Shown one piece after another: positions 51,901 through 64,000 of a stretch of 64,000 nucleotides of DNA (the stretch's first letter is position 1; every line of letters begins with the position of its first letter). The DNA lies in NCBI GenBank assembly GCA_904063045.1, contig CAJFCJ010000006.1:3302408-3366407 (forward strand), written 5' to 3'. The notes beneath the pieces are model-generated. The model saw nothing but the letters and a program-made list of their open reading frames with translations, was not told the DNA's origin and searched no databases. Origin of the DNA: Dimorphilus gyrociliatus (Eukaryota > Animalia > Annelida). A program made the translations under genes and the position numbers.

Positions 51901-54143
51901 CTGGAATATTAATTATTGGTATGGGCTCAAAGGGTAAAACCATTTCGTCGCCTAAGCCGTACTTTTCTCTGAGATCCTGTTATGATAATTGCTGGTATTT
52001 AACATTAAAATGTTCAGATTTTCAGAATTACTTTTTTATTTTTCAAATCCCGAAGAGCAGCAAAGTCATCTGGTGAATCAGATGGCACACTTGTTACAAC
52101 GCCTGATCCTTTATTTTCTTTGATTGTCATCATGGGCAAGGCATAAATCTTATCATAGGATGTTAGAGGCGCCTTTAGAGCAGTACCTAAAAGGTCCTAA
52201 AAAAAAATATTTCTATAGTTTATCCCCTGTTACAAAGAAATGCCATTTGCAACAGTCTACTATATAGAGTTGCTCTTGCACGGCTACTGAAGTAATTATA
52301 ACAATAGATATAACACCAATAGACCATGCTTATTCAAGTAACACAATTAAAAAAATTCTTACAGATCCTGAAAATTCTCCCAAAATTTCATATTTTCCCC
52401 ATTTCTCTGTAAATCCTTGATGAGACAAATTTCTAGCACACCTTCGTGTGCAAATAAATATTTCATTAGAAGTTGTTGCAATGGCCACATATTTAATTGT
52501 TGGATGAAGCCAGCAATTTGTTTGGCCATACATAGTTTCTGGTCGTAGAGTTCCAGCAACCAAACATACTTCTCTACCCTCAAAAATTCTAAAGGAAATA
52601 TTCGAATAAGCATTGGTTTATTTAAACATAACTATAAAACGAACTTTAATTTTTTAGGATAGGGTTTGCAAACTTTCATTTTAATTAACGTATATTCTTG
52701 AGGTCCTGCATTCTCTCCTTTACTTCTGTCATGATCCATGCAGGGTTGACCATCAACGGGGCTATAAATTGTATACCTACAAAAAAAAATTGTATAAATA
52801 ATGTTCTTAATGTCTTTCCTTCGGATCGGGATCTTTACCTCTTTCCAAATTTGACTTTACTTTTTTCTTTAAGACGAAACATTTGCCATCTAACAAATGA
52901 ATCATAATAGGGATTAGCATCTGTTGTGATAAATGTTCTTCTCCAATCAACTTTGACCCCCATCCGCTTCAAATCCGACTTGGTCATAGGCGGAAAGTAT
53001 TTCAACCAGTAAGCCGGATCAGCAAACTGCGTGAAAATTTATCAGGTCGTGAGTATATTTGGAAATTTTCTTCAAATTCACCTCTTTTATTTCTTCGTCT
53101 TTCAAACCGAGAGATTTCATAATTTGCCATTGATAGTTCAGCCCCTCTGACTTTGCAGCTGCTTTACTCTGCAAATAATCAATATTAACAATTTTATAAT
53201 AAAATTAAAATCAAATTACCTTTTTGCCTTTAGCCTTATCTTGAGCGAAAACGTCTGTCTCGACTATTTCTTTTTCAACAGGTTTTTCTGGGAATACAGG
53301 AGGATATCCAAAATCTTTCATCTCATTTTTCAGTTTATCAGCACACGCCTGAAAGATAGATATATATTTTTATTCATGTTACCGAAGTAATCAAAGCTAA
53401 TAATTGTAAGAGCGATGTCAGCACATAAAAAGTTATACTTTCTATGCTTCCTAGACTCGTATTAATTTTATCCTAACTCGAACGTTGTATTTAGTAATGG
53501 ATTCACTTAATCAAAGTGGCTTGTATTATTGAGCAGGATTAAAATGAACTTTTAACTTTAAATCACATAATTACCTTAATGGGCATTCCTGTGCAATGAA
53601 GACCAAAGGGAAAGAGACATCTCTTTCCATTTAATCTTTGAAATCCCACGGCAAACTGAAATTAAAAAATTTTCGGTAATACATTTTTAGGAAATTAAGC
53701 TAGACCTTATTGTCATTTTTAAGAGTAATATTTCTTATTACCTAACTTAAACTAATATAGTACTTGTTTAAAAATGTATCTTAATAATATATACTCAAGC
53801 GCATTAGTATCTCTTTTGTAAATTTTCAAGAATGAAAGTATAAATGTTTGGAAATATTTTTTACTTCACACTTTGAAAGTGAAAACGTGTGTCCCAAGTG
53901 GAGTCGGCCATTCATGTATGGATATGGAAAAGTCACCATGTACTTTTCTTTTCTGCAACGCAGAGCAATATTAGATAAAAATGTTTATACCGTTTAAATA
54001 ACCTTTAATTATTACTTTGCCTCAGAACTATTTGGGTCCGGCCGGTCCATTTCAAATATTTTTTGCTCGTCCCATGATTTTTGAACTTCCTTCTCCATTC
54101 TGAGGAGGAAACGAAGTTTTGTACTCGACTTTTCTGCTGCCAT
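48921..54143 (-). CDS. LARS1: Cytoplasmic leucyl-tRNA synthetase, multi-exon
   Basis: [77 protein letters not shown]. Confidence 0.97.
51409..51475 (-). ncRNA. Intronic box C/D snoRNA predicted to guide 2'-O-methylation of 18S rRNA
   Basis: In a 171-nt LARS1 intron. C box ATGATGA (51470-51464), guide AGTCTCGTTCGT, D' CTGA (51446-51443), C'-like TGGTGA, D CTGA (51416-51413). Guide is the exact complement of conserved 18S ACGAACGAGACU. Confidence 0.85.
52205..52331 (-). ncRNA. Intronic box H/ACA snoRNA predicted to guide LSU rRNA pseudouridylation (yeast 25S Psi2340-equivalent)
   Basis: Two hairpins; H box AGAGCA (52276-52271); AUA tail box; 10-bp upper stem CTGTTGCAAA/TTTGTAACAG. Pocket arms UAGUAGA and GGGAUA pair with UGUCCC-(U)A-UCUACUA of LSU rRNA. 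Confidence 0.75.
53402..53540 (-). ncRNA. Intronic box H/ACA snoRNA predicted to guide LSU rRNA pseudouridylation (yeast 25S Psi2880 / human SNORA65 site)
   Basis: Hairpin-H box (ATAAAA)-hairpin-ACA plus 3 nt; 11-bp upper stem. Pocket arms UAGGAA and GCUGACAUC pair with GAUGUCGGC-(U)C-UUCCUA of the peptidyl-transferase region; 15 nt from pocket to ACA. Confidence 0.82.
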
Positions 54144-54488
54144 TGTGGTTTTTAATTTGCACAGCAAGTCTAGCTTTTTCAAATGTGGCAAAAGTGCCTT
54201 TTATCAGGTTAAATGATGAAAGACTGCTGTAAGATATACCACGTGTGTCACGCAGTCTTAAAAGGACAGGTCATCCGACTATGTGTAAAAACAAAAATGG
54301 CGCTGGTATTTTTGTTACGCGACCTACATATTGAAATGTTTTATAGACTCTACCTCTGAAATATTATATACCAGTTTTCGTGCATGTAAAACACACATAA
54401 TCTTTTATTATTACTTTCAGGTTTACCGGGTCGCTTTTTTGGCGATAAAACGAGTTTAGTCTTAAAGCGATTTGCATTTCACATAAAA

Positions 54489-57398
54489 ATGAAACTGGTT
54501 CGGTTTATAAATAAAGATCCATACCTAACTTAATTAACATTCTCTAAATTTCACAGTACTGCTTATCAGGCGAACCTAATAAACCATGTTTCATACTAAG
54601 GTTTAAGGGTACGTCAGTTATGCTTGATTGTACACTGGACATGTGCTCTACCCTGAATTTCCTTCCTTTACCTGTTGTGCCAAGGTAGCTAAAAGATGTA
54701 AAACTTTTACATTAGTAAATTGTTTTTTACTTTGGCAGTCCAACAAATATTGAAACAAAACCCTGGATACCAACATTTACTGCTGCCCGATTGGAAGATG
54801 TAAGTCAGAGTTTGCCAGGAATACTTTTTATCTATAATCTATAATCTATAATTTCTATTAAAGGAAATTAAGGAAGTGCAAGATAAATTATATGTTAATA
54901 GCGAGCCTGAATTTTATTTGCCAGAGGTATAGAATTATAGTATTTACGAAGAATAATCTGTTCTCTAGTAGCCCTTATTAAATTAACTTACAGCTGGCTA
55001 TGATCGATCTGTCAGAAATAGACGTAATACTGATATCTAATTTACATAACATGCTTGCTTTGCCTTATATTACGGAATATACATCGTTTACGGGTAAAAT
55101 ATTGGCAACTGAACCAACTGTTCAAATGGCAAGGTACCATTTGTGTCTTTTGATAAATATATACAGTATAATATAAGAATTTTTTTAATAGCATGTACAT
55201 GTACGAGATGATTGAATACTTACGAAGGATGCCAAAGTTGAATAATGCCACCAGATGGAAACAAACAAAAGTTCAATGGTTGTCAATTAAATAATTTATA
55301 TTTTCGATTGTTTAACAAGTGATTGCTTATTAAAAATTTAGCAATCTACCGCCACCACTTCGAGATGCAATAGAGCCACTTAAGTGGAGGAAATTATATA
55401 ACAGGCATGATGTTCAAAGTTGTCTATCAAAAGTCTCAAATGTATCTTACAACGAAAGTCAAAATATATTTGGAACATTAAAAGTAACAGCAGCTAGTTC
55501 TGGCTTCAGAATAGGCAGTTGCAATTGGTTGATCGAAACGCATCAAGAAAAAATTTCTTATATATCTGGTTCCTCCACACTTATAACACATCCTAAATCA
55601 TTGGATAGCGAATCAATTAAAAGAAGTGATGTTTTAATATTGTCCACTCTAAGTCATGCTCCAAATGAAAGTCATCCAGACACAATGATGGGAGAATTTT
55701 GCGTAATTGCAGGTAAGATTGATTTTATGACTCATGATGGAGCAATAAAACAGTCACTTAATAATAGCGCAGACAATTAAAAGTGGTGGAAATGTTTTGG
55801 TTCCGTGCTATCCATCTGGTGTCACCTATGATTTAATAGAGTGTTTATCTAACCATTTTGACAACATCGGACAATCGACAATACCATTTTATTTTATCTC
55901 TCCTGTCGCTCATAATAGTTTGTCTTATTCAAATATATTCGCTGAATGGTATATTATTATATAATACTGTTATAAGAATTATTCAGGCACTTTTACATTT
56001 TCTGTAAAACAGGCTGTCTGGAAAGAAACAAAATAGAGTTTACATGCCGGAAGCTCCATTCCCCCATGCAAAAGTACGTTTGTTCTTTCACAAACATTTA
56101 GAGCAAATATTATTTTTAATTCTTTTTCTTCTCATTTATTTAGCTTACTAAAACTGGTCGCCTTAAAACCTTCAAAAGCATTGAAGGTAAGTTTCTCTAT
56201 CAAAATGTTGTGTTACACGATGACTTAACTTGTATTCTTTTTACTTTCAGATGGTTTTCAATTAGAAATGAAAAATCCTTGTGTTGTTTTTACTGGTCAT
56301 CCCTCACTGAGATTTGGAGATGTTGTGCATTTTATTGAAATGTGGGGGCAATCTCAAATAAATACAATGCTAATTACAGTCCCTGACTTTCCTTATCTCG
56401 ACGCAATTGCACCGTTTCAGCCCTTGGCGATGAAAGTATGAGTAATTTCTTGTCATAACAACTGCTTATTGCTTTATTTAACCAAGGTTGCCCATCGCCC
56501 AATCGACACAGGAGTAACCTTGGAGCAAGCAGATAAAATGATCATCGAGTCCCAAGCTGCTAACGTCATTACAACAGAAAGTTGCCTATCTCCTGAAAAT
56601 CCTTTGCATTCGGTATATTTTCTTACTCAAAAGATACTAAGCCTACGAAAGTAAAAATATATGCTCTTTTTTTTATAAGGACGTGCCAATCACTAAGTAT
56701 AAAAGAGGAGATGTTATCTCAGTGCCCATTAAACGACAATTTGAACTCATAGGCGTAGATTCTGAGGTAAATGGAAAAAAATTTGTTCTATTTTTATTGT
56801 GATATCAATTTTCATTTTAAGATTGCTAACAATATTCACTTACGAGAAATACTACCGGGAACGGTAATGGGCTTCGTCTCAGGTCATCTTGTTACGCAGG
56901 ATAATAAACATATTCTTAGGGTAAGAGTGACCCTTTTTGAATATGATAAATTAACCCTTTATGATACTATAGAGATTCCCAAGTCAGAAAGCGACCATAA
57001 AGAAAAGGAAGCTTGAAATGACAAATAAAGAGAGTGTTTGCCCCATAGGACAATTAAATGTGCCAGACTTTACGCACGAATTGAAGAAGGTAATTGTTTA
57101 CTTAGATTGCTATAAGAATATACTATACCGTGCTATAAATCTTTTTCAGTTAGGCATTACGGATATAAAGGTCGAACATAAGGGGGATAGTGAAACGGTT
57201 CTGGTTCATTTGGTAAGCGGAATTTTAAAACTGCGTGTATTCGTAACGTGATTTTATATTCCACAGAACGAAGATGATGCTATTATAAGAGTTGAACCAA
57301 ATTCAACGTTTGTTATTTGTCAAGGAAGTGAAAGAGTTCGGTCTAAAATAAGAGAAGCTCTTTTATATTGCCTGGAAACAGTTGGATGCAACAGATAA
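54489..57398 (+). CDS. INTS9: Integrator complex subunit 9, multi-exon
   Basis: [28 protein letters not shown]...[67 protein letters not shown]. Confidence 0.95.
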
Positions 57399-57460
57399 AA
57401 TACATGTATTATAATATTCAGTCTTAACGATATGTCAAAATGTTGTGAATAAATTAGAAA

Positions 57461-58916
57461 CTATTGAACGACAACCGATTTATCACGAATTGATACTCTT
57501 TTAAGTGACTCTATCAAACTAGTTTGACTCAGGCTTGTTCGTATTTTCTGGGCTGCTGCTAAACAAGTTAGTCGAATTGTGTTGCTTATCCGATCATCTT
57601 GCTGGATTTGTAATAGCTTTTCGTAGCAATTAGTAAATTTGGCAGCTTGATTCGTTTCCTTTGAAGTTTTACAAAGTCTAGTTAAAGCAATAGCCGCTTT
57701 TTGAACGGCTCTCATTGAAGCATCAGAGCCGTCTAATTGAACGTTTTCAATCAGACGACACGACATTGAAACAGCCCCACAGTCAATCAAAGCCAATGTC
57801 TCACTTGAAGATAAATTAGCAAGAATAGTCGCTAATTGATCCTGAATGTAAACAGCATGATCTTTGTGTTTTGAATAAACGTCCGTTAGTGTCACAACCG
57901 TATTGAGTTGGACAAAAGTATGAGATGTACGCATAAAAGTAAAGTTCGCTAAACTAGCAATAGATAATAAAAACGTATCAGCTCTCTTAGCTATGTTACA
58001 GAGTTCAGTAAGAAATTTGATTAAATCAACACTTTTTTCAATTAAAGAAGGCATTCTGTAATCCAAATCTGGGGAAGATAACTGAGCTATCAGTCCAGCC
58101 GCTTCCGCTCGAACGATTTCCTCCTCTTCTGGGTCGGATAGAAGATTTATGGTGATAATCAGACCGCCTATCCTTTCCAACTCGACTATACTCTCACGAT
58201 CACAACAGGTTTTAGCCAAAGCGTGAAGACAGTGGGCCCTAATCGGTTTAAATCTCTGGGTGGTAACAAAGTTCAAGAGCACACCTACTCCACCTTCCCG
58301 TGCCAATATGTTGGACAAGTGCTGGCTATTGTCAACCAGATTGTTTATGACCGCTAATATACACTGAGCTTGAATCGGGGAGTTGGAATTGGCTAATTCA
58401 GAAACGATAGTTCGAACATTTTCTTCTAAAAGTGTGTCCACCAGTTTACTAAACATTTCACCAACCTCTGTTAAAATATCTAGATTACAAAAGTCGACCA
58501 ATTTCGAGCATTTAAGCAATAGCATTCTTGTATCACTTCCTTCGCTCAATCTATAGTCGTGCAAGAAGCATCGAATTGACGTCGTCATTTTCAAAGAATG
58601 TGATCTAGCGGTATGTCTATGCTCTTTTTCGATTCGCCTGCAGTTGACAACTTCCTTTAGGAATTATTATCACAAGAAATAGCTATAATTACCTATGTAG
58701 TTTACTATATTCACTGCCAATTAACTTTGCTCGAGTTTTAATTCCTCTTATAGTATCACTTGCAGCAGAAACGGGTTCAGTCGGTCTCATAACGTCGGCG
58801 GTTTGTACTAAACCAATTATACTCTTTCCTTGTAGAACAAACTGACACTCCATTTCCGCCGTACCCCGGAGATCGTTCTTCCATGCTGAAACGGCTTCCG
58901 TGCACATTTTAAGCAT
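57461..58916 (-). CDS. INSC: Protein Inscuteable homolog, 2 exons
   Basis: N-terminal LGN/Pins-binding motif AVSAWKNDLRGTAEMECQFVLQGKSI; ARM-like body (EIVRAEAAGLIAQLSSP, VYIQDQLATILANL, AVQKAAIALTRLC). Confidence 0.88.
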
Positions 58917-59026
58917 GCCGATATCACCTACTGACAATGCTTTCAATCATTATTAGACTAACTCCTAATGCGGCTGGCGCTGGTCTAACGCTCAACTCGA
59001 CGCGACTTTCACTTCTTAATTGAATA

Positions 59027-59036
59027 TAGAGGGCGC
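59027..59036 (+). promoter_or_regulatory. CTCF-like motif upstream of INSC
   Basis: TAGAGGGCGC matches the YAGRKGGCRC core. Confidence 0.35.
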
Positions 59037-59416
59037 TGATGGGGTCCTAATATTAAATATAGTCCTATATGTTTAGCTTAGATCTATTCATCTCCTTTTT
59101 ATGTTAAACATTTAGCTCAAATAGACATTATGCTATGAAATGTCTTAAAAGCAACATTTTTAATAATAAAATTTCAATCAATAGTTTATTACTTTTACAA
59201 TTGTGTGAAAAGTAAGCATGCAAAAATTATAAATATATTAACATTTCTCATAAATAGACGAAAATTATGTATAAATATATTATTCAATGCTAGAATGAGC
59301 AAAGTATTCATGTATATGTAAAATATACAATGATTAAACGGAGATTCAAGCAAACGTTAAATCACTGTCAAGTGTTTCAGTAAAATAGAAACTAACAAAA
59401 GCTACTCTTTATATTA

Positions 59417-61969
59417 TCATGAAGTTGGCAATTTCTTAAGAATCTCTCCAAGGTTATTTCGAAAGCTTATCATTTCAAAAACATCTTTTTTTTCCAGAAT
59501 TGTGTGCATGGAATATAACTTCTTGTAGCTGGATAGATCGATGGGATTATCGGGTTTAAAAGTTACAGCATTAATCATTTTTAGTGCTAATAGAAAACTA
59601 TCTGACATTGTATCGGCAGCAGGGAAAACTTGAAGGTACCATGGTCCACAATTATTACCTCCATATAAACGGTTTTCGTCAAAAGATTGCAAATTCCAAG
59701 CTTCTAAAACATATTGTAATTTCTGACCAAGCATTTGAAAATCTTTACCGGTTTTTTTCATGGGATCGTTTACATTGAAGACTATTGTAACCTTTTTTGT
59801 ATAAAGAACAATAAAATAGTGAATATACTGTATATATATATATATAAATTTTATATGCTTAATTACTTACGAATTTAGGTTTAGAAAATTTCGGAAGTTC
59901 GCTTACAGCGACAGTATGTATAAGTAGATTAGAAGGTATATCGATGAATGGAATATCACAATTTTGTTCCACCAAATTACAAGAAGATATAATGCAATTG
60001 TTTCCAATACGCATAGGAATTTCGAATTGACAATTATCAACTATTGAACCGTCACCTAAATCTGTTCCATTCATATATACGGTGTGAATAAACAGACCTT
60101 TAATCCGGGCTCCATTGTTACTAATTTGTTGACTGGAGTCCCTGACTATACCACTTGAAAATGATGAGTAAGGAGAAAAATTCATTTGTAGTCTGAGGTT
60201 TATATCATGACAGAGATATTCTCTATACTCGCTCATTGTTCCCAAATGAATAAAGCGGGAAGAATTTAGTACAACTACATTTAATAAACTTGATTTAATT
60301 TCTTCATAGACAGTACGCCTGATTTTTTGAACATAGGGATCGTTACCAGCATTTAGCAAGTGAGAATCTGAACCTTCCGTTCCCAAAGCTTGCAAAAAAT
60401 CTCCGTAAGCATCAATTTCACATTTTAAACCACCCAAGCTGTCATATAGTGCGCTCAGCCGACGGCCAATTTTATGATCGAAGAAAAATGTACTATCAGA
60501 ATAACAGAAGGGTTCACGATCATTCATTTCAACAATAGCATTAGCTTCTCTCATTTGAGCAATAGACGGTTTTTGTAGAACTCGTCGACACGATCTTAAT
60601 TCCGCTTTACAACCGGAAGGCGAACCGCTAAGAATGTAGACTCCATGTGTTTCACCTACCGAAATAGGCGAAGGATGCGCAAGGGCAGTAAATCCAGGGT
60701 TATTAAATGTCCAAGTATCAGATTCGTCACCGATATCAAATACTTCAATCGTGTCAGCACTACCATGAAATACGCCTGGAGGCATACGACTTAAAAAAGG
60801 TGCATATGAGGCCATCTTTATTTCGATTAAACTATACGAGGGTGACCCGCACGGAAGAGTAAGAAATAATTTGCCAAGAACGCTATTACTTGGAAATCTT
60901 TTACTCTGTCCGCCTGCATTGAGTAACAGAATTCGCCATTTGTCGACCTCGCTATTTTAAAAAAAGTTAACATTTTTCAGAAAATATTGATTATTAAGTA
61001 ATATTAAATGCAAAAAATTGATTTAATGCATTATAACCACCTGCCAAAGTCATTATACATTCGCCATAATGTATATATTGTACTTCCTCCATTACCAATT
61101 TTATATCCTGGCGGATCCGCATAGAAGAGGTAGCGAATACCCTCTGGAAGTTCATGCCTTTCTACTTTTGAGTTGACCATTGTTTCAAAGGCTACCTTCT
61201 GGTTTTCGTCAGCTGTTGTCATTACAACAACATCCCAAAAATTTTTATTAGATAGACGAATATTTTCCAGACGTTCACCTATTAAAGAGAAACTGGTTAT
61301 GATATAGTTTAATAAAAATTCTAGTTATAGAAATAGCACACTGACCTATAACCGATATCCCACTTAAAATAAATATACATTAGCGCTATTTCAAGGTTAA
61401 AATTATACAACTAAATATACGAGAAAACGAGAACAACTATTATTCTTTTGACTCGTATTATAGTAATTTTTTTTTCATATTGTATCAATTGTCTGACTTA
61501 CAATGTTGGATCAAGGAGGGGGGGGGAATGGCCTACAGTTTACAAAAAAAGTGAAGCAAACGAAATTAAATTAAAAAATTTTGATTGTATTACTTAATTT
61601 TATATGTAAATAAACACAACAGGGATCGCTATTCAAAGACATAATTAGATTTCTGGTTTTTCTAAGAAAAAATGACTCCTAAATTCTATCTAATCATTTC
61701 AATACGCTCCTGGAGATTTAAAACATTGATAAGTTGAAATATTTAATTATTTATTGGTTTATTTTACTATTTAAACAAGATTAAGTCTCTGTTACTCAAT
61801 CGATCTAAGGAAAGGTAGAGAATAAATATCAATGTCTTCTATAAACCTAATAATAAGTGGACAACGTTTACAGACAGTCAAACAATTAACCTCTAATTTT
61901 CTGGAAATTAGCGTAAATCTTCCGATTGGCAGCTGCAAGGTCGTCCATCTCGTTCTGGAGAGACATCAT
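59417..61969 (-). CDS. FPGT: Fucose-1-phosphate guanylyltransferase, 4 exons (first exon 61891-61969, about 600-nt first intron)
   Basis: MMSLQNEMDDLAAANRKIYANFQKIR/G, FWDVVVMTTADENQ, YADPPGYKIGNGGST, NAGGQSKRFPSNSVLGK, CEIDAYGDFLQALG, FIHLGTMSEY. Confidence 0.9.
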
Positions 61970-62222
61970 GTCATGTTATGATATGGCGCTGGATTACCAG
62001 ATGTCTGCTATAAACATAATATTTCGTATCTTAATCATATTTTTTTTTAATTAATTTTCATGAATCAGATTTATTAAAACATTATTTATCTAGTATTTTT
62101 ATGTGATTTCCCGATCGTCTACGAAAGACCAAAAATTTGTACAAGAACCACACTAACGGTTTTCTAAGATGGCGGTGAGCGGTACTCGTATGACTTCATT
62201 GTAGAGAAATTTCGCCAAAAAC

Positions 62223-64000
62223 ATGCCGAAAGCAAAGAAACCAGGCAGATCTGATCTGCTATTAAATCTGCGGATGTCGATTAACAAAACTTTGGTTCCA
62301 TTGAGGGATCAATCGAATCAGATGATGGCTTATCTGGATGAAGTTGTACCGATGGCAAAGGAAACTATAAAAGCGTTAAAGTTAGAATCTGAACAAATAT
62401 TTTTATGTTACTTAATCTTCTTAACATTTTTTTTTCACACTATAGAGAAAAACGAGATGATGCAGTATACGTTGTACCCAAAACTCCCACAGCTAAGAAA
62501 AAACGAAAGGCGTTGCCTGGTGTAAGCACAAGGTGTACGAGGCGTATGGCCAAAATGCAGGGTTTAGATGATGAAAGCGAGAGTGAAACGACTTCTATGG
62601 ATGCGTCGGTAGTTAAACATACAAGACCAAAAGTGGTAGATAGAGAAGTTACTTTCAGAAGTGAAGCGGAAGAGAGTGATAAGGAGAACAATTCTAAAAA
62701 TAAAACAAACGTAAAATTATTTAATCAACAAACGGGCGAAAAGAGATCACGTAACAAAATGGATGAAAATACTGCCAAAAAGAAAGATAGCGAAGAACCT
62801 GAGACAAAACGAAAAGCATACGCCTCGACGGAAAAAAAGAGTGATTCCAACGATTCAACTGAACCTTCACCCCCGGTAGACAAAACGAAGACAGACAGTG
62901 ACGTTAGTACAGCTTCAAAAGATAGGCAAGATATAACTTCAGATGAAAGCGACGGAATCGAAGATGAAGACAATGATATGGATAATGATAATCATGACGA
63001 TGTAACAAATAAAAAATCTAAGCCTGCAGCTGAGCCGGAAAAACCGGCACCTGTTAAAAAGGTAGAGGAAAGAGTAATTAAACCTGCTGAAAACGAAAAT
63101 ATGCGTCAAACAAGATCTAAACTTAAAAAAATCGATGATAACATTTCACCAAGAAAACGAAAACAAGATGGCGATACTGAAACAACGGGAAAAATTCAAA
63201 AATTTGATTCACGGGAATCCTCAAACCAGCAAGAAATTAGAATCACCAGATCAAAAACCAAGCATATAATGGAAGCATCAACTATAAAACCAATTATTAA
63301 ACCGCGTCTTAATCATATTGATCCTCGAACAGGAATGCCGTTAACTTCATTCTTGCCGAGTGCCCTGAAAGGAACTCCTGACAGAGTGAATCGAATGAAG
63401 TTAGCCGAGGAACAAAAGAGAAAACAATTAGAGTTGAAAGAAAGAATTACGCGCGAAAGGCAAGAAGAAATGAAAAGAAATCAGCAATTACGATTGGAAG
63501 AACTTAGGAAGAGAAATGAAGAAAAGCAAGCTAAAGCAAAAGAACGACGAAATCAACTATCTCCATCAGTTGGACGAACTAATAATGTTCTTAGCAGTCT
63601 TCATGCTATGAGGTCGGGTCTTCCAAAACCCCAAACTGAAAGTCGAATTGAGATGACTGAAGAAGAAATGAGGAGAAAGAAACTAGAAGAACAGCAACAT
63701 TTAGAAGAGATAAAGAGAAAGAGAGAAGAGCACCGTCGAAAACAGGAATTGCAGAGGCAAATTGATGAAGAAGCTAAAAGAAAGAAAATCGAAGCACAGA
63801 GAATCGCCGAAGAGAAAGCAAGACTTGCGGCAGCTAAGAAAGTCGAAGATGAAAAGCTAGCTCTTTTGAAGAAAGAACGCCAAATGGCTATGCAATCGTC
63901 ATACCTGAACTCCACTGTTGATAGGATCGCGGAACCTCTATCGAGTGTTTCGTCTTACAATATAAATGATCTAGAGACAGATGGAGAATCAGATGATGAA
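62223..64000 (+). CDS. INCENP: Inner centromere protein, runs off the right edge
   Basis: N-terminal helix DLLLNL...MMAYLDEVV; PKTPTAKKKRK; long disordered linker; E/R/K-rich single alpha-helix; start of the IN-box SYNINDLETDGESDDE at the window edge. Continuous open frame from about 62446. Confidence 0.82.

Noticed and set aside
53657-53868. Possible fourth snoRNA in the 212-nt LARS1 intron
   Set aside because: An ACA and AT-rich stems exist, but upper stems are weak, box spacing is off and the best target is not a site I know to be modified. Worth an Infernal scan but not supportable by eye.
62169-62204. uORF or micro-exon ATGGCG/gtgagc upstream of INCENP
   Set aside because: The implied intron would be only 30 nt (below those seen here) and the sequence is also a YY1-like AAGATGGCGG promoter motif.

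Overview
AT-rich, very gene-dense animal genomic DNA with mostly 40-70 nt GT-AG introns and intergenic gaps often under 500 bp. The gene content (Inscuteable, TSC22, ADCY9, CAPS2, FKBP11, a Vac8-like protein, an iGluR-like gene) points to a compact invertebrate genome, possibly a lophotrochozoan such as a miniature annelid; the taxon is inference only. I reconstruct about 25 well-supported protein-coding genes. Several are largely or wholly missed by the ORF track (TSC22-family, FKBP11, COPZ1, a SUN-domain gene, the long INCENP exon). There are also three weak orphan gene candidates and three intronic snoRNAs in the leucyl-tRNA synthetase gene with recognisable rRNA targets. No rRNA, tRNA, CRISPR array or intact transposon was seen. 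Most notable observations: (1) the intronless TMEM199/VMA12 ORF is bracketed by a perfect 5' splice site and a 3' splice site just before the CAPS2 start codon, suggesting one leader produces two unrelated proteins; (2) the LARS1 snoRNA set; (3) a highly divergent glutamate-receptor-like gene with a degenerate pore and apparently no M4 helix; (4) an animal Vac8 orthologue; (5) a candidate alternative terminal exon giving a half adenylate cyclase 9; (6) a candidate cassette exon in RAP1GDS1. Gene names come from recognising conserved sequences from memory; no database search was run, and exon boundaries are manual GT-AG reconstructions.
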